A stretch of 17,578 nt of DNA from Candidatus Fervidifonticultor sextus (GTDB taxonomy: Bacteria; Sysuimicrobiota; Sysuimicrobiia; Sysuimicrobiales; Humicultoraceae), in NCBI GenBank assembly GCA_031459875.1, contig JAVKHQ010000048.1:1-17578 (forward strand), given 5' to 3'. Numbering within the stretch: position 1 is the stretch's first letter; every line of letters starts with the position of its first letter. The notes beneath the pieces are model-generated. The model worked only from the letters and a program-made list of their open reading frames with translations, ran no database searches and was not told the DNA's origin. The position numbers and the translations under genes were made by a program. This document shows, piece by piece, positions 7,578 to 15,917 of the stretch.

Positions 7578-8966
7578 TTACGGGCCCACACCCGCCGCCC
7601 CCGCAGGGGCGGCCCCGACCAGTCCCAGCCACAGGTCGTTGACGTTGGTGTTGGTCGGCCCGGACACGATGAGGTCGTCCAGCGCCGCGAAGAACCCATA
7701 GGCGTCGTTGTCGGCCAGCGCCGCCTGGGGGTCGAGCCCCCGCTCTCGGGCGCGGGCCAGCGTGCTCCCGTCTGCCACGGCACCGGCGGCGTCGGTGGGC
7801 CCGTCGGTCCCGTCGGTCCCAAAGGATACCACGAGCGTCTGGGGGAGACCGGCAATGGCCTGCACAGCGCCCAGGACCAGTTCCTGGTTGCGGCCGCCCC
7901 GGCCGCTCCCGCGCACCGTCACCGTCGTCTCGCCACCTGCGACCAGGCACGCCGGCGGGCGCACCGGCGCGCCGGTCAGGCGCACCTGACGGACTGCGGC
8001 CCCGAAGCCGGCGCCCACCTCACGGGCCTCACCCTGCACATCGGTCGCCTGCAGCCGGGTGGCGTACCCCAGCTCCCGGGCGCGGTCAACCGCGGCCCGG
8101 GCCGCCAGGGAGATGTCACCCACCACCAGATTCTGCGTCCGGTCGAAGACCGCATCGCCCGGCTTCGGGGTCTCCGGCACCGCGCCGGCGGCACCCCGTT
8201 CCAGGTAGGCCCGGACCGAGCCGGGGAGCCGGTCGCGCAGGGCATAGCGGTCCACAACCATCAGGGCATCGGCGAAGGTCGTGGGATCGGGCACCGTGGG
8301 GCCTGAGGCGATGGCATCGAGGGGGTTGCCCAGGACATCCGAGAGGATGAGGGTCACGACCCGTGCCGGCGCGGCGAGGCGCGCCAGCCAGCCGCCCTTG
8401 ATGCGGGAGATGTGCTTGCGCACGGTGTTGACCTCGGTGATCGTGGCGCCGGACCGCAGCAGCAGGTCCGTGGCGGCAACCTTCTCCTCCAAGGTGATGC
8501 CCTCCGCCGGCAGCGGCAGCAACGCCGACCCGCCGCCCGAGATGACCACCAGCACCAGGTCCGACGCCCCGGCAGACGCCGCGATCTCGGCGATGCGCTG
8601 CGCGCCCCGCAGGCCGGCGGCGTCCGGCAGGGGATGTCCGGCCTCGATCAACTCGACGCGCCGCAGCGACTCCAGGTACCCGTACTTCGTCGTCACGGCA
8701 CCCGCGGCGATGCGGTCCCCCAGCAGCGCCTCCAGGGCGGCCGCCATCCGCGCCGAGCCTTTGCCCGCGCCGACCACGAAGATGCGGGATGCGGGGCTCA
8801 CCTCATACGCCCGATCGCCGACGACGAGGCGCGACCCCTCCCGGTGGAGGCAGCGGCGCACCGCGGCCATGGGATCGGCCGCCGCCACCGCCGCGCCCAG
8901 GATCTGCACCGCGTGGCGGCGCAGCGTGGCGGTCTCCCCGTGGAACAGCCGTTGGTCGACCCTCAC
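7578..8966 (-). CDS. Glycerate 2-kinase, MOFRL family (GckA/TtuD-like)
   Basis: Motifs VVGAGKGS, EAGHPLPD, ISGGGSAL, NTVRKHISRIKGG, LSDVLGNPLDAIASGPT, GGETTV, GGRNQE, GTDGTDGPT and GPTNTNVNDL. GTG 8966 overlaps the upstream stop (GTGA). Confidence 0.93.
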   Translation of the reverse strand: MRVDQRLFHGETATLRRHAVQILGAAVAAADPMAAVRRCLHREGSRLVVGDRAYEVSPASRIFVVGAGKGSARMAAALEALLGDRIAAGAVTTKYGYLESLRRVELIEAGHPLPDAAGLRGAQRIAEIAASAGASDLVLVVISGGGSALLPLPAEGITLEEKVAATDLLLRSGATITEVNTVRKHISRIKGGWLARLAAPARVVTLILSDVLGNPLDAIASGPTVPDPTTFADALMVVDRYALRDRLPGSVRAYLERGAAGAVPETPKPGDAVFDRTQNLVVGDISLAARAAVDRARELGYATRLQATDVQGEAREVGAGFGAAVRQVRLTGAPVRPPACLVAGGETTVTVRGSGRGGRNQELVLGAVQAIAGLPQTLVVSFGTDGTDGPTDAAGAVADGSTLARARERGLDPQAALADNDAYGFFAALDDLIVSGPTNTNVNDLWLGLVGAAPAGAAGVGP

Positions 8967-9763
8967 GGCGACGGGGGCCACCACGGCCCTCCGGCATTGG
9001 GCCGGACGGCCTCCACGTGGACTGCGCGGAGGCCTTCGGCCTCCAGCGCCGCCCGGACCACATCGCGCGCCAGCGGCGCCAGGTTGTTGACTTCGCTGAG
9101 GTGGACCAGGTGGACGGTCTGGGGACCTCCTGTGGCGATTCCCACCGCCGCGCGCGCAGCTCCCTCGTTGGACAGGTGGCCGTGGAGGCCGACGATCCGG
9201 TTCTTGAGGAACCACGGGTACGAGGACACGGCCATCAGCCCGAGGTCGTAGTTGGCCTCGATCAGGAACAGGTCGACCCCCCGCGCACGGTCCAGCAGCT
9301 CATCGGTCACATCGCCGAGGTCGCACGCGACGGCCGCCCGGCGCCCGCCGCACGAGAGGAGGAACCCCACAGGTTCGGCGGCATCGTGCGGCAGCGGGAA
9401 GGCGGTCACCTCCATCGGCCCCACGGCAAACGGCCGGCCGGTCCGGAAGACCTCGACCCGCACCCCTGCCAGCTGCGGCCCTGCGGCCCGCAGCGTCGCC
9501 TCGTTGACCAGGACCACGGCGCCGGTCGCCCGGGCCACGGCCGGCGTACCCCGGAGGTGATCGTCGTGTTCGTGGGTCTGCAGGATGGCATCCAGGCGGA
9601 GCGTCCCGCCGCCCGCCTCCAGGTCCCGCCGCAGGGTCTCGGCGGGCAGCCCGGCGTCGATCAGCACACGGGTGCGGCCCGCCTCGACCAGAATAGCATT
9701 GCCGGCGCTTCCGCTCCGGAGGACACGCACGCGCAGAGGGCTCGGCAGGGACGAAGGGGACAT
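8963..9763 (-). CDS. Metallo-beta-lactamase-fold hydrolase, YycJ/WalJ-like
   Basis: Motifs SGSAGN, LIDAG, THEHDDH, PHDAAEP, DLG, EANYD, YPWFLKNRI...GHLSN and HLSEVNN. The start codon is uncertain (ATG 9763 or a GTG slightly downstream). Confidence 0.88.
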   Translation of the reverse strand: MSPSSLPSPLRVRVLRSGSAGNAILVEAGRTRVLIDAGLPAETLRRDLEAGGGTLRLDAILQTHEHDDHLRGTPAVARATGAVVLVNEATLRAAGPQLAGVRVEVFRTGRPFAVGPMEVTAFPLPHDAAEPVGFLLSCGGRRAAVACDLGDVTDELLDRARGVDLFLIEANYDLGLMAVSSYPWFLKNRIVGLHGHLSNEGAARAAVGIATGGPQTVHLVHLSEVNNLAPLARDVVRAALEAEGLRAVHVEAVRPNAGGPWWPPSP

Positions 9764-9819
9764 AGAGCCCGGCACCCATGCAGGGTTCGGTGGGCAGGCG
9801 GCCTCTCCTCTTTGGCGGC

Positions 9820-10197
9820 TCAGTCGTACCCCAGTTCGGCCAGCCGTTCCTCGTCGAACCCGAAGTAGTGCGCGATCTCGTGGACGACGGTGCGGCGGAT
9901 CTCTTCGCGCATCTCGTCTTCGGAGTCGCAGGCCTCCTCCAGCGGGCCCTGGAAGATGGTGATGACATCGGGCAGGGTGTAGGGGAGCAGGGGGCTGCGC
10001 TCCGGCAGCGGCGTCCCCTGGTAGAGGCCGAAGAGGGTGTCTGTGGGCTCCAGACCCACCGCCGCGAGGTGCTCCTCGGTGGGCCAGTCGTCCACCACGA
10101 CCTCGACGTTGTCGAAGGCGCCGCGCAGGTCCGGGGGGATGCCCCGCAGGGCCTCGGCGACGAGCTGCTCGAAGCGTTTGCGGCTGAGGCGCACCAT
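9820..10197 (-). CDS. Small zincin-like metallopeptidase family protein
   Basis: Motifs FEQLVAEAL, LFGLYQG, PDVITIFQGPL and TVVHEIAHYFG (HExxH). Start placed at ATG 10197 (MVRLSRKRF). Confidence 0.88.
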   Translation of the reverse strand: MVRLSRKRFEQLVAEALRGIPPDLRGAFDNVEVVVDDWPTEEHLAAVGLEPTDTLFGLYQGTPLPERSPLLPYTLPDVITIFQGPLEEACDSEDEMREEIRRTVVHEIAHYFGFDEERLAELGYD

Positions 10198-10206
10198 CCG
10201 CGACCC

Positions 10207-10215
10207 AGGATACCA
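10207..10215 (-). promoter_or_regulatory. Putative extended -10 element for the zincin gene (very short leader)
   Basis: TGGTATCCT on the minus strand, 9 nt upstream of ATG 10197, with no SD in between. Confidence 0.45.
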
Positions 10216-10307
10216 TGGGCAGGGAGGCGCCGCGCCGCCGGGGGCGAAGAGGGTCCGGGCAACCGGTGCCTCCATCGCCTCCCATCGCTGTCGGGAGGTT
10301 GCACGCC

Positions 10308-10715
10308 ATGCCGGTGAGATGGCTCCAGATCGCCGTCACGTCCAGAGAACACACCCAGGCCATTGACATCACCGAGGCCGTCGCCCGGGCATGTGCGACC
10401 GACGGCGCCCGAGACGGCCTGGTGCTGGTGTACTGTCCCCACACGACGGCGGGAGTCCTGATCCAGGAAGCCGAGCCCGGGCTGCTGCGCGATCTGGAGG
10501 GGTGGCTGGCGAAGGCTGTGCCGCCCGACGCTCCCTACCGCCACAACCGGGTGGACGACAACGCCGCCAGCCACCTGCGCGCCGTGGTGGCCGGCTCAAG
10601 CGCCATCGTACCGATGCAGGGCGGCCGGCTCGGCCTGGGCACCTGGCAGCGGATCATCTTCGTCGAACTGGACGGGCCGCGGCGGCGCGAAGTCCGCCTC
10701 GGGCTGGTGACGTAG
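10308..10715 (+). CDS. yjbQ: YjbQ/UPF0047 family protein (secondary thiamine-phosphate synthase-like)
   Basis: Motifs IDIT, YCPHTTAG, YRHN...NAASHLRA and LGTWQRIIFVELDGPRRR. A GGGAGG SD lies before ATG 10308. Confidence 0.9.
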   Translation: MPVRWLQIAVTSREHTQAIDITEAVARACATDGARDGLVLVYCPHTTAGVLIQEAEPGLLRDLEGWLAKAVPPDAPYRHNRVDDNAASHLRAVVAGSSAIVPMQGGRLGLGTWQRIIFVELDGPRRREVRLGLVT

Positions 10716-10729
10716 CGAGCCCTTCATAG

Positions 10730-12283
10730 CTACTCCACCCATCCCCGCGTCCGCTCCACGGCCTTCTTCCACCCGCGCAGCGCCTCTTCGCGCCGGTCGG
10801 CATCCCAGGACGGTTCGAAGGTCCGGTCCGCCCGCCACAGCCGCCGCAGGTCATCGGGGGATCCGAACGCGCCCACGGCCAGGCCGGCCGCGTACGCCGC
10901 GCCCAACGCGGTGGTCTCCCGCACCGCCGGCCGCACCACCGGCACGCCGAGGATGTCCGCCTGCAACTGCATGAGGAAGTCGTTGGCCGACGCGCCCCCG
11001 TCGACCTTCAGGACACTGACCGGTGTGCCGGAATCGGCGACCATGGCATCCAGGACCTCCCGGCTCTGGAAGCAGATCGCCTCCAGCGTGGCGCGGACCA
11101 GGTGGGCCCTGGTGACGAACCGCGTCAGCCCCACGATGGCGCCCCTCGCGCGCATGTCCCAGTACGGGGCGAACAGGCCCGAGAACGCCGGCACGAAGTA
11201 GATGCCGCCCGCATCGGGGACCTGCTGCGCGATGGCCTCGGTCTCCGCCGCGGTCGTGATCAGCCCCAGGTTGTCGCGCAGCCACTGCACCGCCGCGCCG
11301 GTGATCGCGATGGAGCCTTCCAGCGCGTAGGCCCGGATGCCGCCGACCGGCGTCCGGCCGCTGCCTGTGCGGCCGGCGCGGCCGCCCGGCGCGTCCAGCA
11401 CATACGCCGCGGTCCCCAGCAGGCCGCGCGCGCTGCGCGCGGGCGTCCCCCCCACGTGCTGCAGGAGGAACGAGCCGGTGCCGTAGGTGTTCTTGGCCTC
11501 CCCGGCGGCGAAGCAGGCCTGCCCCACCAGCGCCGCCTGCTGATCGCCGAGGTCCCCGCAGACCGGCACGGCTGCCCCGAACGGGCCGTCGGGCAGGGTC
11601 TGCCCGTAGGGCTCCGACGGAGCCGACGGCCGGATGTCCGGCAGCGCGCGGGCGGGAACCCCAAACCGCTCCAGCAGCACCGGGTCCCAGGCCAGGTCGG
11701 CCAGGTTGCACAGCATGGTCCGCGAGGCGTTGGTGGGATCGGTCACGTGCGCCCCGCCCGCCGGTCCGCCGGTCAGGTTCCAGATGATCCAGGTGTCCAC
11801 GGTGCCGAGCCGCAGGTGGCCGCCGGCCGCCAGGGTGCGCACCTCGGGGACATTGGCCAGCAGCCACCGGATCTTGGTCGCCGAGAAGTACGTGCTGACC
11901 GGCAGCCCGGTCCGCGCGCGGATATCCTCTTCGTGTCCGGCCTCGATCAGCGCGCGACAGTCCGGCTCGGTGCGGGTATCCTGCCAGACGATGGCGTGGT
12001 AGGCGGGACGGCCGGTGCGCGCGTCCCAGGCCACCACGGTTTCCCGCTGGTTGGTGACGCCGGCGGCCAGGATGCGGCCGGATGGCGCGCCGCGCACGGC
12101 TTCCGCGACCACCTCCTGAGTGCGATCCCAGATCTCCAGGGGATCGTGCTCGACCCACCCTGGCTGGGGGAAGAGCTGGCGGTGCTCGCGGTAGGCCGAG
12201 GCGATCGGATGCCCGCGCAGGTCGAAGAGGATGCAGCGCGTCCCGGTGGTGCCCTGGTCGACGGCGGCGAGGTACTCGGGCAT
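10730..12283 (-). CDS. glpK: Glycerol kinase
   Basis: Motifs DQGTTGTR, PQPGWVEHDP, TNQRET, WQDTRT, YFSATK, TNASRT, GDQQAAL, KNTYGTG, YALEGS, VPAFSGLFAPYW, VDGG and ETTALGAA. Confidence 0.96.
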   Translation of the reverse strand: MPEYLAAVDQGTTGTRCILFDLRGHPIASAYREHRQLFPQPGWVEHDPLEIWDRTQEVVAEAVRGAPSGRILAAGVTNQRETVVAWDARTGRPAYHAIVWQDTRTEPDCRALIEAGHEEDIRARTGLPVSTYFSATKIRWLLANVPEVRTLAAGGHLRLGTVDTWIIWNLTGGPAGGAHVTDPTNASRTMLCNLADLAWDPVLLERFGVPARALPDIRPSAPSEPYGQTLPDGPFGAAVPVCGDLGDQQAALVGQACFAAGEAKNTYGTGSFLLQHVGGTPARSARGLLGTAAYVLDAPGGRAGRTGSGRTPVGGIRAYALEGSIAITGAAVQWLRDNLGLITTAAETEAIAQQVPDAGGIYFVPAFSGLFAPYWDMRARGAIVGLTRFVTRAHLVRATLEAICFQSREVLDAMVADSGTPVSVLKVDGGASANDFLMQLQADILGVPVVRPAVRETTALGAAYAAGLAVGAFGSPDDLRRLWRADRTFEPSWDADRREEALRGWKKAVERTRGWVE

Positions 12284-12323
12284 GGCCGCTGGCCCTGACG
12301 TCGCTGCCTAGGCGCGCGGCGCG

Positions 12324-13214
12324 CTAGCGCTGACCGACGACGGCATACTTGCCCGGGCGCACCATGCGATAGGCATGACAGCCGCACGCGTCGGTCAGTT
12401 CGGCGCGGGCGATCGCTCGAAGGCTGATCCGCGCGGCCACGGCACCGAGTTCATCATGAATCGCGTCGAGCTCCCCCCACTCTTCTGGAATGATGCCGTC
12501 AACAAAGTCGGTGACATAGGATGCACTGATGAAGCACGCGCCGATTTCGCGAGCGTTTGTTGCCTCAGGAGCGATGCTCTGGTTCACAGCATCTGCGCCC
12601 AGCGCCTGTAGCGCTCTGGCTTCCGCCGGGGTCTCAAATCTCGGCCCCCACGTGTGAGCCATGATCAACCGGTTGTGCAGTCCGTAGACGCGGGCAGTGA
12701 TCGGCCACAGTTCACGAGCCGTCTGCTCCAGGACCCTGCCAAGGCTCGGGCAGAACATCTGCGCACCGCGGCACAGATATTTGAACCGCCCGGGCAATGT
12801 CGAGTAGGGAGTCTGGGTCAAATCCAGAACGTCACTGGAGATCACGAAATCCCTGGGCTGGAGCGCTCGGTTCAATGACCCGCAGGTGCTGTCCGAGAGT
12901 ACCTTCCTAACCCCGGCTTGGTCCAGCACCCAGAAGACGCGCCGGTGCGCGGCGTGATCCACGGCACCGAGGGGCCACCCGTGGGCGAAGACGTTGAGGA
13001 TCACCCGGGGCTTCCCATCGGGGGTGGTGCTCCCATCGCACTCGATCACCTGCCAGTTCTCCGTGTGCCCCCACGGCGTCTCGAAACTCAGGCCGCGTTC
13101 TACCACACGGACGCCGGGCTCGCGCAGGTCGTCGGGAAACCGGAGCCCCCACCCGGCGCTCCCTGAGATGAGAGCGAAAGGCGTGCGCAAAACGGTCTGC
13201 TCTGCCACGGGCAT
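12324..13214 (-). CDS. Divergent MTAP/PNP-family nucleoside phosphorylase
   Basis: The MTAP scaffold is recognisable: ISGSAG, ETPWG, HG, CGSL...PRDFVI, FCPSL, GPRFETPAE, PEATNAREIGACF, VTD and a C-terminal CGC. An AGGAGGA SD is present. The start may be GTG 13208, which has better SD spacing. Confidence 0.8.
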   Translation of the reverse strand: MPVAEQTVLRTPFALISGSAGWGLRFPDDLREPGVRVVERGLSFETPWGHTENWQVIECDGSTTPDGKPRVILNVFAHGWPLGAVDHAAHRRVFWVLDQAGVRKVLSDSTCGSLNRALQPRDFVISSDVLDLTQTPYSTLPGRFKYLCRGAQMFCPSLGRVLEQTARELWPITARVYGLHNRLIMAHTWGPRFETPAEARALQALGADAVNQSIAPEATNAREIGACFISASYVTDFVDGIIPEEWGELDAIHDELGAVAARISLRAIARAELTDACGCHAYRMVRPGKYAVVGQR

Positions 13215-13226
13215 TCCTCCTGTCGC

Positions 13227-14006
13227 TCACAGATTCTCGGGTAGGTACCTCCGCCACGGCAGCAGCCAGCTCTCCAGGCGGAGGACAAACAGGTAGAGGG
13301 CCGCTGACACCACGGTGATAAGGAACATGGTCGAGTACAGCTGGGCAGTGTTGAATTGGTAGGTGCTGACGATGATCAGGTAGCCGACCCCTGCGCTGGC
13401 ATTCACCCACTCGGCCACCGCGGCCCCCAGAATCGACGACGGGACGGCGATCTTTACAGCCGCGAAGAATGCCGGCCAGGAGGACGGAAAGCGGACCCGC
13501 ACCAGTACCTGCCACCAGCTGGCGTTAAGGACGTGCATCAGTTCCAACAGGCGATGGTCGACGGTGCGCAGGCCGACCGTCATGTTCACCAGCGTGGGGA
13601 AAAAGCATACGATGACCGCGACTGCCACTTTGGACTCCCATCCCAGCCCGAGGAGGAAAATCAACACGGGGGTGATGGCGATCAAAGGGACGCTGCGGAC
13701 GGCGACGGCAAACGGCATCAAGACCTGTTCGACCGTCCGGCTGTAGACTGACGCGACAGCCAGGCCCACGGCCAGCAGGTTTCCGAGCAGAAATCCCATT
13801 CCCGCCTCCGCAAGGGTAATGGCCAAATGCTGAATGAAGAACTGCCATCTGTTGACCGTAAAGACCGCCACTTCGCTGGGCAGGGGCGCCACAAAGCGTG
13901 GAGGATAGCCCGTCAGCCGCTGGAGGATCTCCCAGGCCGCGAGGAAGCCCGCGACCACCACCATGGATACGACTCGTTCCCACGGGTGACCAGGCCGTCG
14001 CGTCAC
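13227..14006 (-). CDS. ABC transporter permease (NitT/TauT/SsuC type)
   Basis: Multiple hydrophobic segments plus motifs PLPSEV, VPLIAITP, FFP, VRFPSSWP and AVAEW...GVGY. The GTG start overlaps the ATPase stop. Confidence 0.92.
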   Translation of the reverse strand: MTRRPGHPWERVVSMVVVAGFLAAWEILQRLTGYPPRFVAPLPSEVAVFTVNRWQFFIQHLAITLAEAGMGFLLGNLLAVGLAVASVYSRTVEQVLMPFAVAVRSVPLIAITPVLIFLLGLGWESKVAVAVIVCFFPTLVNMTVGLRTVDHRLLELMHVLNASWWQVLVRVRFPSSWPAFFAAVKIAVPSSILGAAVAEWVNASAGVGYLIIVSTYQFNTAQLYSTMFLITVVSAALYLFVLRLESWLLPWRRYLPENL

Positions 14007-14824
14007 CGGCCGCCTCCTCCATTCCCCTGCGGCTGTGCTGGCCGGAGATGAGCGCGGAGGATGCGCAGCAACTCGAAATAGGTCATGGTTTCCTTGATGC
14101 CTTCCCGGCGCGGCCGCGGCAAGGTGACCTCCACCTCTGCGCGCACCACACCCGGTTGTGAATCCAGCACGATAACCCGGTCAGAGAGGAACACGGCTTC
14201 AGGGACGGAGTGCGTGACAAACAGAACGGTCTTTCTGGTCTGCTCCCAGATGGAGAGCAGCCAGTCAGCCATTCGCTCCCGGGTCAGTTCGTCCAGGGCG
14301 CCAAACGGTTCATCCATCAGGAGCAGTTGCGGGTTGGTGGCCAACGCGCGAGCTAGGGCGACCCGTTGCTGCATGCCTCCCGACAGTTGGTGCGGATAGT
14401 CTCGCTCGCGCCCTCTCAACCCCACCAGGCCCAGGAGCCAGGCCGGGTCCAGCCCGTCTTTCGCCCCGGTGAGCTCCAGCGCAAGTTTCACGTTGTCCAA
14501 CACGGTCAACCATGGGAGGAGGACTGGTTCCTGGAACATCAGACCGACGAGGTGGGCCCTGCGTGCCCGGTCCGGGGGTAGTCCCGCGACTCGGACAACG
14601 CCCGATACGGGGTGGTAGATATCGGCAATGAGCCTCAGCAGGGTGGACTTCCCGCACCCCGAAGGACCGATGAGGGACACGAATTCGCCCCGGCGGACAG
14701 TAAACGAGATGTCCTGAAGCGCCGTCAGCATGCCGGAAGACGTGGGAAACACCATCGTGACGCAGTCGACCTCGATCGCTGGCTCAAGATCCTCGCGGGC
14801 CGCCCCGTCACGATTCGCTGCCAT
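14003..14824 (-). CDS. ABC transporter ATP-binding protein (NitT/TauT/SsuB type)
   Basis: Walker A GPSGCGKST, FQEPVLLPW, signature LSGGMQQR, Walker B LLLMDEPFGALD and H-loop FVTHS. The start at ATG 14824 is tentative. Confidence 0.94.
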   Translation of the reverse strand: MAANRDGAAREDLEPAIEVDCVTMVFPTSSGMLTALQDISFTVRRGEFVSLIGPSGCGKSTLLRLIADIYHPVSGVVRVAGLPPDRARRAHLVGLMFQEPVLLPWLTVLDNVKLALELTGAKDGLDPAWLLGLVGLRGRERDYPHQLSGGMQQRVALARALATNPQLLLMDEPFGALDELTRERMADWLLSIWEQTRKTVLFVTHSVPEAVFLSDRVIVLDSQPGVVRAEVEVTLPRPRREGIKETMTYFELLRILRAHLRPAQPQGNGGGGR

Positions 14825-14842
14825 CCGACACCCTGTCCATGG

Positions 14843-14862
14843 CGGGCGTGCGCCCACGCCCG
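14843..14862. promoter_or_regulatory. Intercistronic stem-loop downstream of the substrate-binding protein gene
   Basis: CGGGCGTG-cgcc-CACGCCCG is a perfect 8-bp stem with no U-tract. Confidence 0.5.
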
Positions 14863-14880
14863 AGGCAAGCGGAACAATCG

Positions 14881-15894
14881 CTATCGCTTGATGGCAATGC
14901 GTTCTGCAAAGCGACTCGTCATGATGTCGTCAACATTCGGAGCTCTCTCGATCTGCCTGTACTTGAGGAGTGTCTGGATCCCCGCTTCCCAGCGTCCCCG
15001 ATCCATCCACCCGAGCCCGTACCGCTTCGTGTCCTCCGAGACGGTGATGGGATTCGCCTGCTTCAGCAGCCACCGTTCCGCCTCCAAGTCCCCCCCGGGC
15101 AGATAGTGCTTCACGGTGATTTCGGCTGCTTCATCCGGGTAGTCGAGGACATACGCCCACCCACGGAGACTCGCACGCATCCATCGGTCCACGATGCTGC
15201 GATTCCTACCGAGAAAGTCCCGGGTCACGAAGGGCAACATGGCGTAGAACTGCACTCCGGGGTTGTCGGCCAGCAGGAGGAACCGCCATTTCTTTCCCGC
15301 CTTCTCCACGGCGTAGGGCTGATTGACGATCCAGGCCATGTAGGCGTCAATCTGGCCCGTGAGCAGCGGGGTCGGGTCGAAGCCAACGCGCACGACCTCC
15401 ATCTTCGATTTGTCCAATCCGTGGATGGCCGCCAGGACGTCCAGGTAGAACTCCCCTTCGGGCTGGACGCCGATTCGCCGTCCTTCGAAGTCTTTGTAAG
15501 TCCTGATGGGGCTGTCCGCCAGCACGAGAAATCCATTCGGGTGCTTCTGATAGAACGCGGCCAGCGCCACGTACGGGGCGCCGCGGCTGGTGGCGTTGAT
15601 GAACGTGCCGCTGGAGGACACCACGCCGATGAACTCCGGGTTGGCACGCACAATGGTGAGGGGATCGATGCCCGCGCCACCCGAGATGAAGTTGACTTCC
15701 AACCCTTCCGCCGCATAGTAGCCCTTCTTGTCCGCGACGAAGAGACCAGCAAACTCGCTGTTCTTGATCCATCCGAGCTGCACGTTGACGCGAGTCAGTC
15801 CCGCAGCGCCTCCGGCAGCGTGCCAACTGACCGCAAACACCATAGCGATACCCGTCGCCAGGGCCCCAAAGGCCATGGAGCGTCCGCCCCTCAT
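14881..15894 (-). CDS. ABC transporter substrate-binding protein, NMT1/THI5-like
   Basis: N-terminal signal-like segment followed by VQLGWIKNSEFAGLFVADKKGYYAAEGLEV, DFEGRRIG, LLTGQIDA and GWAYVLDYPDEAA. An AGGAGG SD precedes ATG 15894. Confidence 0.9.
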   Translation of the reverse strand: MRGGRSMAFGALATGIAMVFAVSWHAAGGAAGLTRVNVQLGWIKNSEFAGLFVADKKGYYAAEGLEVNFISGGAGIDPLTIVRANPEFIGVVSSSGTFINATSRGAPYVALAAFYQKHPNGFLVLADSPIRTYKDFEGRRIGVQPEGEFYLDVLAAIHGLDKSKMEVVRVGFDPTPLLTGQIDAYMAWIVNQPYAVEKAGKKWRFLLLADNPGVQFYAMLPFVTRDFLGRNRSIVDRWMRASLRGWAYVLDYPDEAAEITVKHYLPGGDLEAERWLLKQANPITVSEDTKRYGLGWMDRGRWEAGIQTLLKYRQIERAPNVDDIMTSRFAERIAIKR

Positions 15895-15917
15895 GATCGC
15901 ACCTCCTGCTCGGGATT

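Noticed and set aside
1553..7642. Long + strand ORFs (1553..3181, 4341..6134, 6041..7642 and similar)
   Set aside because: These are antisense shadows of well-supported minus-strand genes. Stop codons are scarce in high-GC DNA and the translations have no recognisable motifs.
7534..7950. Alternative-frame ORF whose stop overlaps the glgA start, suggesting a frameshifted glycerate kinase tail
   Set aside because: The glycerate kinase is complete through its terminal NVNDL motif, and glgA has its own SD. The overlap is probably coincidental.
12305..12326. Imperfect inverted repeat CTAGGCGCGCGGCGCGCTAG at the edge of the low-GC block
   Set aside because: It is low-complexity GC sequence with no matching copy seen at the other boundary and no U-tract.
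10308..15894. Thiamine-salvage link between yjbQ and the THI5-like transporter
   Set aside because: They are on opposite strands, separated by glpK and differ in composition. There is no tenA, thiD or TPP riboswitch.
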